Shown: positions 45,659 to 53,011 of the stretch, piece after piece
How the letters are laid out: the number at the start of each line of letters is the position of its first letter
How positions within the stretch are numbered: position 1 is the first letter of the stretch
From: a virus
IMG/VR virus record: IMGVR_UViG_3300047444_000617
Location: 32,001 to 96,000 of that record
Strand: one strand, 5' to 3'
DNA length: 64,000 nt
Made by a program: the position numbers and the translations under genes
The notes under the pieces: generated by a model
What the model saw: the letters and a program-made list of their open reading frames with translations, nothing else
Databases searched by the model: none
What the model was told of the DNA's origin: nothing

Positions 45659-45951
45659 TGGGAGTACTGCCGATCGAACTGCGACGAGGTCTTGACCCTG
45701 GGTGCGTACACGGCACGCGGGGTGTACTTGCCCTCGGCTATGTGGTCGGGGTTGACGCACTTGGCCCTGTAGCAGGAGCGGTGGCGCTGCGCGGCGGCTC
45801 CCGAGCCGACGAGGTAGGACAGCAGCGTCTTGCCCTTGTAGGAGGGACTGAGGGACTTGGTCTGGTAGATGAGGCAGGAGGAGTCCGGGTCGGGTTCGAC
45901 GCGGTCCCAGAAGAGCGCGTCCAGGTGCTCGTAGCCTTCGGGGGCGTTCAT
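45652..45951 (-). CDS. Degenerate HNH / His-Cys-box zinc-loop protein
   Basis: FWDRVE...CLI...HRSCYRAKCVNPDH. Confidence 0.55.
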   Translation of the reverse strand: MNAPEGYEHLDALFWDRVEPDPDSSCLIYQTKSLSPSYKGKTLLSYLVGSGAAAQRHRSCYRAKCVNPDHIAEGKYTPRAVYAPRVKTSSQFDRQYSQC

Positions 45952-46919
45952 GAAAACCTCGCTATGACGGATGGGTAGGAGTTGCGCACGGCGAAGACGA
46001 CCTCGGCGTCGGTCATGTCGCCGGGGTCCTTGGCGGAGGTGCCGGAGTAGTCCAGGAACTTCAGGGCCAGGCCCCGCCGGGACCACTCCTGCCGCAGCCG
46101 CTCGGAGTGCTTGGCGCCGTCCACGTCGTTGTCGAGCGCGACGATCAACGTGTCGAAGTGGTCGCGGATCAGGGACATCTGCGCGTCGGAGACGCCCGCG
46201 CCGAAGGACGACAGGCCCGCTGGGAATCCGGCCGCGCGCAGCCGCACGACGTCCAGAGGGGACTCGACGAGGATCGCCGTGTCGCCCTCGTAGGTATGAA
46301 GCCCGAACAGCGTCTTGGACTTGGTCATGGAGTTGGGACGGTTGCGGAAGTAGCGGGCGTTCTTCTCCTGCCAGCCCCACAGCACGCCGGTGTCGGGGTC
46401 ACGGACGGGAACGATCCACATCTCCCGGTCGGTGTCCCACAGCACCCCGCAGACGTCGGCATCCTCGGGGGTGAAGTGCCGCTTGGCACACTCCTCCTCC
46501 GGCGGGGTCACCCACAGAGCCAGCGAGGCCTCGTTGATCTGCGTGGTGGTGTCGACCTTGGTGGGGTCGACCGACTTCTTGGCCAGGAACTTCTTGACCC
46601 GCTCGATTCCTCCGCGCTTGCGCACCCACGCGACAGCATCCGCGTACGGAATTTCGAGGACGTCTTTCACCAGAATCACGAACACACCGTGGTATCCGCA
46701 GGAAAAGCAGTTGAACTGACCGACCCCGGAATGCACGGAGAACGACGGGTGCTTGTCCGCCTTTCCTGTCCGCGCCTCGTGCATGGGGCAGGGCATGTGG
46801 AGTTCTTCGCCGTACTCCTTGAACTCCAGTCCGAGTTCGTCGAGGCAGGCCGCGACGTTACCAGGGACGGGCGCACTTCCTGCGGCATCCCACCCACTTC
46901 GCTTTACTTTCCGCATCAC
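45948..46919 (-). CDS. DNA primase (CHC2 zinc finger + TOPRIM)
   Basis: CPMH...PSFS...NCFSCG; LVESPLD; ALDNDVDG. Confidence 0.88.
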   Translation of the reverse strand: MMRKVKRSGWDAAGSAPVPGNVAACLDELGLEFKEYGEELHMPCPMHEARTGKADKHPSFSVHSGVGQFNCFSCGYHGVFVILVKDVLEIPYADAVAWVRKRGGIERVKKFLAKKSVDPTKVDTTTQINEASLALWVTPPEEECAKRHFTPEDADVCGVLWDTDREMWIVPVRDPDTGVLWGWQEKNARYFRNRPNSMTKSKTLFGLHTYEGDTAILVESPLDVVRLRAAGFPAGLSSFGAGVSDAQMSLIRDHFDTLIVALDNDVDGAKHSERLRQEWSRRGLALKFLDYSGTSAKDPGDMTDAEVVFAVRNSYPSVIARFS

Positions 46920-47158
46920 TGCCTCCCTTCCAGATATCGGAGATACACACTCATCTCGGGCCCGCGAGGGTTCATGTAGTAGGTGCCGTAGCGGACGACG
47001 TGCACCTTTCCCAGCCCCCGGATGTGTCGCGGTTCGGTCGCGAATACCAGATTCCGGTCACGGGGATTCCTGTCGTTCTCCCGGCACCAGAACTGGAACT
47101 CCCGGTAGTTGCCCGCGAGGACGACAGTCTTTACGTCAGAAGCCTCCCTGCCAGCCAT
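46916..47158 (-). CDS. Hypothetical protein
   Basis: ORF between helicase and primase. Confidence 0.55.
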   Translation of the reverse strand: MAGREASDVKTVVLAGNYREFQFWCRENDRNPRDRNLVFATEPRHIRGLGKVHVVRYGTYYMNPRGPEMSVYLRYLEGRQ

Positions 47159-48404
47159 CGGTGTTCTCCTCCTTGGCGTCGGCGAAGGGGTCCTCGTTCA
47201 GTTCCTCGAACTTCCCCGTCTCCCAGTCCCATTGGCAGTACGTCTCCAGGGGCGGGCAGTTTCGGGCCAGGACGACCTTGATCTTGTTGATGTTCTCGTC
47301 GTCGGTTCGCTCGACGCCGAGAATCACGTCGGAGTCCTGGGCGAATGAGGAGGAGTACCCGATGGAGTCGGAGGTGATCCCCTTCTTCTTGTTCATCTTC
47401 CATTCCAGGACCTGCGTGGAAATGACCATGGGGATCTGCAGGTTCTTCGCCATGCGCTTGAATCCCCGGGTGAGATTGGTGAGCGCCTGACTGGATCCCT
47501 GGGCCTCTCCGAGTTCGTCCTGCATCATGTAGATGCCGTCCACGAATACGATCGTCGGCCGGATGGTGTCGATCTTCGACTGCACACCGGTCAGCGTCGT
47601 GGCATTCATGGAGTCCGAGGAGAGGAAGAAGGAGGGCATTGCCTCCAATTCCCGCAGGGCCTTTTCGAGTTTGTCCCACTCGGTCTTCTTGAGGGTGCCG
47701 TTCCGCAGCCGGGCGTGGGAGATCCCCGCGCGGATCGCGTCGAACCTCTCCTCCTGCTCCTCGTTGCTCATCTCGAAGCCGACGAACAGCGGGCGCTCGC
47801 CGAACAGGTGCGCTGCCATGGCAGCCAGCAGCAGCAGGGTCGACTTACCGGCCTTCGGGGGACCGACGAAGGTGACCAGTTGCTCCTTCTGGAGGCCCTG
47901 GGTGGCCCTGTCGATCGTCGAGAAGCCGGTGGGGATGCCCCGGAGCCCGTCGGGCAGGTCCTTCAGCGACAGGTACCGTGCAAGGCGTTCCTGGCCGGTC
48001 TCCGTCAGGTCGGTGTCCCGGGAGTTGGGCACGGCCGAGGCGATGTTGGCCAGCGTGCGCGACAGCGCCTCGATGGCGGCGTTGGCGTTGTTCTCCTCGT
48101 GTGCGTCGACCGAAGCGGCCAGGCCCTCTTCCAGGAGGGCCAAAGTATGAAGTTCCCGCAGCCGGTCGGTGAGGACCTGCATGGGGTCCTCGACCTTGAC
48201 GAACTTGTAGGTCGGGAAGTCGGTCTTGATGGTGGCCAGCGAGGGCACCTGGCCGTAGGTGCCCTTGTGCCGCAGGATCGCCTTGAAGACGGCCCTGTTG
48301 TCCGCGTCCTGGAAGAAGTCAGGCGTCACGCCTGCATCCGCGACTTCTGACAGGTCCTTGTCCTGGATGACGCGGGAGACGAGCAGCCGCTCGAAGTCCG
48401 CCAC
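47136..48404 (-). CDS. dnaB: DnaB-like replicative helicase
   Basis: GIPTGF..ID, GPPKAGKS, FEMS, VFVDG, SFAQDSD, ARN. Confidence 0.9.
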   Translation of the reverse strand: MADFERLLVSRVIQDKDLSEVADAGVTPDFFQDADNRAVFKAILRHKGTYGQVPSLATIKTDFPTYKFVKVEDPMQVLTDRLRELHTLALLEEGLAASVDAHEENNANAAIEALSRTLANIASAVPNSRDTDLTETGQERLARYLSLKDLPDGLRGIPTGFSTIDRATQGLQKEQLVTFVGPPKAGKSTLLLLAAMAAHLFGERPLFVGFEMSNEEQEERFDAIRAGISHARLRNGTLKKTEWDKLEKALRELEAMPSFFLSSDSMNATTLTGVQSKIDTIRPTIVFVDGIYMMQDELGEAQGSSQALTNLTRGFKRMAKNLQIPMVISTQVLEWKMNKKKGITSDSIGYSSSFAQDSDVILGVERTDDENINKIKVVLARNCPPLETYCQWDWETGKFEELNEDPFADAKEENTDGWQGGF

Positions 48405-48847
48405 TACAGTGCTCCGATCAAGGTGGTGGGGACAGCCGGGAGCATGCGCCCCTTGCTGCCGTAGATCAGGTGGTGTTCGTTGTCGTAGACGGCGGCCACG
48501 TCCGGCATGAGAGCCAGGCGGCGGGCCAAGCGCTGGGGGTTGTCCGCCCACACGCGGCCGACAGGAAGGCCCTCGACGTCCAGGCGCCACTCCACTGCCT
48601 CAGCGAAGTCCTCACCGAGGTAGGTGATGACGTCGACCGAGTAGCGGTAGCGCCAGACGGTGTCCCAGATGACCCGGGCCAGTGGCTCGTTGATCTCGTA
48701 GGCCTTGACCGCGCGCTTCCACTGGCGGGCCTTGCGGGCGAGTGATTCGCCAGCTCGTGCGCGCGGCGTGGGCAGAAGGCCCAGCAGTCCCTCGTAGACC
48801 AGGACCAGGCGAGGGGAGACTTCGTTGCTGATGTCCCCGCCCTGCAT
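48404..48847 (-). CDS. Hypothetical protein, possibly degenerate HAD fold
   Basis: LVLVYEGLL in place of DxDG; VDVITY. Confidence 0.55.
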   Translation of the reverse strand: MQGGDISNEVSPRLVLVYEGLLGLLPTPRARAGESLARKARQWKRAVKAYEINEPLARVIWDTVWRYRYSVDVITYLGEDFAEAVEWRLDVEGLPVGRVWADNPQRLARRLALMPDVAAVYDNEHHLIYGSKGRMLPAVPTTLIGAL

Positions 48848-48895
48848 CAGGTGCGCTCCGCCGTCGTGCGGAGCCGGGTATGAAGCGCGCGTTGC

Positions 48896-49555
48896 TCATG
48901 CGGCACGGCGGTCTCCTCCGACAACCTTCAGGTGCGTGAAGGCCCCCTGGATGAAGGAGCCCATGGAAGGGTTGTAGATGTCGCCCCACTTGACCGGCGG
49001 GACGTTGGAGGTGACCAGGGTCGGCCGGGCCTCGCGGTGTCGCAGGCGCAGCAGGTCGTCCAGCAGTCCCTCGGCGTAGCCGGTCTTGGTCTTGTGCTCC
49101 TTGCCGACGTCGTCGAGCAGCAGGACGGGTGCCTTCTCGGCCGAGACGATCTGGTCCTGCACGGCCCACCAGCGGGCCACGGCCTCGGGCTCCTTGCGGT
49201 CCTGCAGGGTCATCCGCTCGATGTTCAACTTCACGTAGTCGGAGTAGGCCAGCCAGGCGACCGGCAGGCGGCGCTCGAAGTAGACGTCCATCAGCGTGGA
49301 GGTGGCCAGGGTGGTCTTTCCGGTTCCGGGAGGACCGACGACCAGCAGGCCCTTGCCGATCTGGGACCAGTCGGCCGGGTACTGGTCGATGGGCCGCTTG
49401 TCGGTGACGTAGTGGTCCTGGAGGTTGTCGACGAACTTCTGGCAGATCTCCTTGTGGGGAGAGTCCGCCAACGTATGAAGCCGCAGGTGTCGGTAGTGCG
49501 GTGGGATTCCGTACTCCTTCAGCCGGAGCGCGTGGACCCGGGGGTCGGTCGCCAT
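48896..49555 (-). CDS. DnaC/IstB-like helicase loader ATPase
   Basis: GPPGTGKT, LLLDDVGKE, R.R...PTLVTSN, GGDRR. Confidence 0.88.
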   Translation of the reverse strand: MATDPRVHALRLKEYGIPPHYRHLRLHTLADSPHKEICQKFVDNLQDHYVTDKRPIDQYPADWSQIGKGLLVVGPPGTGKTTLATSTLMDVYFERRLPVAWLAYSDYVKLNIERMTLQDRKEPEAVARWWAVQDQIVSAEKAPVLLLDDVGKEHKTKTGYAEGLLDDLLRLRHREARPTLVTSNVPPVKWGDIYNPSMGSFIQGAFTHLKVVGGDRRAA

Positions 49556-49676
49556 GTGCGGGGTACCTCCTGTGGTGGGTGGACGATGAGCAGGCTAACA
49601 CAGTTACCGTTTCCTGAATACCTGCTGAAAATGCGTAAGGGGCGAGCCGCGCAAGCAGCCCGCCCCTCCGGGTCGG

Positions 49677-50717
49677 TCAGGTCCAGTAGTCCTCGTTGTA
49701 CCTGTTGGCCTCCACCTGATCGGCAGCGTCCGACTTGCCGCGACGCTGGGTCAGCAGTCCCCTGGCGGCCAGGAAATCCCTCCAGGCGGGGACGTTCTCC
49801 GATCGCTGCCAGGAAGGCGACCAGTAGGTGATGATCATCTTGGTGATCTCCTCCTTCGTGGTGCCCTCCCGCATCCACCGGCCGAAGTTCCCGGACAACG
49901 CTCCGAAGTTGACAGCCCCTGGCACCGGATGGCCGACCTCCTGAGCCCGCTTTTCGAAGAAGGAGGCCAGTACCTCTGACGGCCTCGTAGACCGCCTCTC
50001 ACGACGTTGGCGGACCGGAGGGGCCAGGTCTCCGTCCGAAGCCGGGAGATCGCCGTACAGGGTGAACGACGGGGTGTTCTCTTCGAGAGACTGAGCCACC
50101 ACATACGCCGGGTCCAGTTCCCTCTCCGCCTGGGCGGCTTCCTCGGCCTCCTGCCTCCGGGTCTTCTTCCGGCCGCCCTTGCGCGGAGCGCGTACCGCAT
50201 CCCAGCCCTTGCCACCCGGCCTCGGGAGGGCCTCCTCAGCATGGTCGGGATCTGACCGCGCCGACCGGCGCGGTGGAAGAGACGTAGTCTCTTCTATTTC
50301 TCCTACTACTAGTTGGTTACTAGGGTTGGGTGAAAAATCTGCAGGGTGCAGATTCTGCAGGGTGGGATTGTCCGGGTTTGCATCATGCAGATTCTGCATG
50401 TCAACTACCTGCGGGACCGGCTCTTCCACCCACTCCGAAACGGGACGAATCCGGCGCACGACGGAGGCGTAGAGAGCCGCTTCCGGGGGTGCCTTCTCCT
50501 TCGGGACGGACTCGATGATGCCCCGCTCTTCCAGGCTCTTCAGGCAGGCGTAGACGCCACGCTCGGACATGCGGGTGCGCTTGGCCAGGGTCTTGACGGA
50601 CTCCCACATCATGCGGTGGTCGTCTCCGGCCGCGTCAGCGATACGCAGCAGGACCAGCAGGTCACCCTTGCCCACAGGCGCGTACTGCCAGACCTCGGAC
50701 ATGATCAGGATGCTCAA
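49677..50717 (-). CDS. Replication initiator (N-terminal winged HTH)
   Basis: LLVLLRIAD.A...SVKTLAKRTRMSERGV...LKSLEERGII; upstream of DnaC/DnaB. Confidence 0.75.
   Translation of the reverse strand: MSILIMSEVWQYAPVGKGDLLVLLRIADAAGDDHRMMWESVKTLAKRTRMSERGVYACLKSLEERGIIESVPKEKAPPEAALYASVVRRIRPVSEWVEEPVPQVVDMQNLHDANPDNPTLQNLHPADFSPNPSNQLVVGEIEETTSLPPRRSARSDPDHAEEALPRPGGKGWDAVRAPRKGGRKKTRRQEAEEAAQAERELDPAYVVAQSLEENTPSFTLYGDLPASDGDLAPPVRQRRERRSTRPSEVLASFFEKRAQEVGHPVPGAVNFGALSGNFGRWMREGTTKEEITKMIITYWSPSWQRSENVPAWRDFLAARGLLTQRRGKSDAADQVEANRYNEDYWT
50290..50400. repeat. Candidate replication origin: iteron-like repeats plus AT-rich tract inside the initiator gene
   Basis: TGCAGATTCTGCA at 50347 and 50386; TCTGCAGGGTG at 50338 and 50354; adjacent AT-rich 50290-50340. 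Confidence 0.55.
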
Positions 50718-50812
50718 TTGCCCGCCCTGCCAAGGCGGTAAGTATGAAGCGGTAGCGGCATGATATGGTCTCTCTCATCTCGGGGTTTGTGGTGGGCCTC
50801 CGGGTGTGGTGG

Positions 50813-50871
50813 CCAAAGGCCCCCGGCAGTGAATTGAGGTCTCGAACCTCTTCAATGCCGGGGGCCTTTGG
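50813..50871 (-). terminator. Long hairpin terminator
   Basis: CCAAAGGCCCCCGGCA...TGCCGGGGGCCTTTGG. Confidence 0.7.
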
Positions 50872-50876
50872 CGTTT

Positions 50877-52043
50877 CTACTCCCCGTCGATGTCGAGGCC
50901 CTTCTCCTCGATCTCCGCCCGGGTCAGTTGGACGACCTTCTGTCCGGCCGGGATACGGCCACGGCCGCGTCGGCTGTAGTTGCCCTTCTCGTCGACCAGG
51001 AACGCGAAGGTCTTGGACTCGTCACGCGGACGGCCACGGCGACGACGTCCCGTGGGCTCCTCCTGCTCCTCCTCGTCCTTCTGCTGGGCCGCCAGGGCCT
51101 TGTAGCCCTCCCCCTTCGCCGGGTCCTCCCCGAGCGTATGAAGGGCCTTGCGCAGCAGTTCGGTCAGCGGTCGCTCGCGCACGTCGGCCTGGTTGATCAC
51201 GGCGTTGCGCTCGTCCTCCAGGCGCAGGACGGTGTAGGCCGCCTCCAGAGCGGCGCGGACGAGCGGGAGGTCGATCTCCGTCTCGGAGGACGGGGTGGCA
51301 TCCCGCTGGGCCTTCTGCGCGGCGCGGTTGACCTGCTGCTCCAGGTCCTCCTCGACCGGGTCCACCTCGGGCTCGGGCTTGCGGCTGCGACGGCTGCGCT
51401 TGGGGGCAGGCTCGTCCTTGGGCTCCTCCGGCTCGTCCTCGGTGAGCGGCTCCTCCTCCGGCTGGGCCTCCTCCGGCTCGGCCCGGCGGCCACGACGGCG
51501 ACCGCGCTTGGGCTCCTCCGGCTCGGGCTCCGGCTCGGGCTCCGGCTCCTCGGCGGCCTCGGGCTCACCGAAGGAGATGTCGTCGAGCCCAGCGGTGAGG
51601 TCCTTGGCCTTGATACCCACCTGATCGGCGGCGTCCAGGAGGAGTTCGGCCTCCTCGCTACCGTCCTCGCCCCACAGCAGTACGAGGTACTTCTCCCCCT
51701 CGGCCGCCTCCAGCAGGTCGACGACCTTCGACGTGACGTTGCTGGCCGTGGCCGTGGAGTCGGCGGCCCGCAGGATCTTGTCGAGCGCCCGGGACTTCTC
51801 GCCGTCGGTGACCGCGACGAACGGCAGGTCCACGTACTCGGACCAGTTCAGCACGGCCTCCAGGCCGTCGGACAGGTGCGTCTTGGTGATCGGGAAGATC
51901 AGGTTGATCTCGCGGTCGGAGGGGGCGGGGTAGCCGTCGGCGTCCTCGTCGCCGAAGCCGAGCCAGTCGTTGAGCAGAGCCTTGATGTTGTCGAGGTCCA
52001 CGTCGGCCGAACCGGCGAAGGCGAGGGTGATGGGCTTACTCAA
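50877..52043 (-). CDS. Acidic protein with Rossmann/SLOG-like N-terminus and C-terminal AT-hook / Lsr2-like RGR motifs
   Basis: ITLAFAGS...; EP-rich linker; RRRRGRPR and RRGRGRIPAG. Confidence 0.6.
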   Translation of the reverse strand: MSKPITLAFAGSADVDLDNIKALLNDWLGFGDEDADGYPAPSDREINLIFPITKTHLSDGLEAVLNWSEYVDLPFVAVTDGEKSRALDKILRAADSTATASNVTSKVVDLLEAAEGEKYLVLLWGEDGSEEAELLLDAADQVGIKAKDLTAGLDDISFGEPEAAEEPEPEPEPEPEEPKRGRRRGRRAEPEEAQPEEEPLTEDEPEEPKDEPAPKRSRRSRKPEPEVDPVEEDLEQQVNRAAQKAQRDATPSSETEIDLPLVRAALEAAYTVLRLEDERNAVINQADVRERPLTELLRKALHTLGEDPAKGEGYKALAAQQKDEEEQEEPTGRRRRGRPRDESKTFAFLVDEKGNYSRRGRGRIPAGQKVVQLTRAEIEEKGLDIDGE

Positions 52044-52090
52044 GTGTGCTCCCGTGTGGTGTTGTTACCGCCTCTTCGGCGGCGATGAGT

Positions 52091-52119
52091 ACGTTACAGG
52101 TTACCGATTCTAAAAGCAA
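52091..52119 (-). promoter_or_regulatory. Promoter TTGCTT-N17-TAACGT
   Basis: Spacer contains AATCGGTAAC. Confidence 0.55.
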
Positions 52120-52162
52120 GAAACCCCCACTAAGAAAGCGAGGGTTTCAAGTCGTTTGACAA

Positions 52163-52450
52163 TCAGGGCAGGTCAGGCACCCTGCGCCCGGTTGCCGGAT
52201 GCCTGCGCGGGATGCGCAGCGGGGGTGCTTCCACCACTCCTCCGCGCACCGCCGTGTGCAGCAGGGCCACAGCACCGGCTGCCGCCACCGCCAGCAACCA
52301 CCGCCCGGGAAGCCGTTGGGCCTCGTAGCCCAGGGCCACCACAGCGAGTGGCTGCAGCCAGGCGGGGAGGGAGAAGGGGAGCGTGACGGCCACCCACTCC
52401 CACGCGGTGAAGGTAGCCAGCGAGATCAGCAGCAGCCGGAACCAGTCCAT
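52163..52450 (-). CDS. Small membrane protein (holin/antiholin candidate)
   Basis: Three hydrophobic segments. Confidence 0.6.
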   Translation of the reverse strand: MDWFRLLLISLATFTAWEWVAVTLPFSLPAWLQPLAVVALGYEAQRLPGRWLLAVAAAGAVALLHTAVRGGVVEAPPLRIPRRHPATGRRVPDLP

Positions 52451-52453
52451 GGG

Positions 52454-52945
52454 TCAGACCGTGGCCGGGGCAGGCTGGGCGACGTCCACCGGCGGCTCGG
52501 GGGCAGGCTCGGGGGTGGGCTCCGTCGTCTCGTCGGGGACCGCGTCGGTGCTCAGCGGGAAGTTGTTCGACGGGCCGGACTCCTCAGCCTCCAGCGCCTG
52601 CTCGAAGTCCGAGGTCAGTTCCTCGACGGGACGGATATGAAGCGTCTTCGCCTCGCGCACCAGCGCGTTCTGCAGCCAGCCGAACCAGCCGTACTTCTTG
52701 AGCAGGGAGTGGTAGAAGACAGTGCCGGTCAGCCAGGCGAGGAACGCGGCTCCCAAGGCTGGTGCCCAGGTGTAGTTCTCCGGGTCGCCCTGGCGTACCG
52801 CCGCGAAGCCGGTAGCGGTGGCCAGGACGGCGTGCGCGAAGCCCTTGATGGTCGGGCTGGTCGAGGGCCTGGTGAACACCGCCACGATGGCGGGCAGCAC
52901 CAAGCCGAGGGTGAGGGCCGCCACGTCGGCGTAGTTAGTAGGCAT
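52454..52945 (-). CDS. Holin-like membrane protein
   Basis: Three TM segments, acidic/Pro tail; AAGGAAG RBS; follows tail genes. Confidence 0.6.
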   Translation of the reverse strand: MPTNYADVAALTLGLVLPAIVAVFTRPSTSPTIKGFAHAVLATATGFAAVRQGDPENYTWAPALGAAFLAWLTGTVFYHSLLKKYGWFGWLQNALVREAKTLHIRPVEELTSDFEQALEAEESGPSNNFPLSTDAVPDETTEPTPEPAPEPPVDVAQPAPATV

Positions 52946-53011
52946 TTTCTTCCTTACGGATTGAGTGTTACGGGGTGGCACAAACCATTCAACCGGTTCT
53001 CGGAGTTGGGT

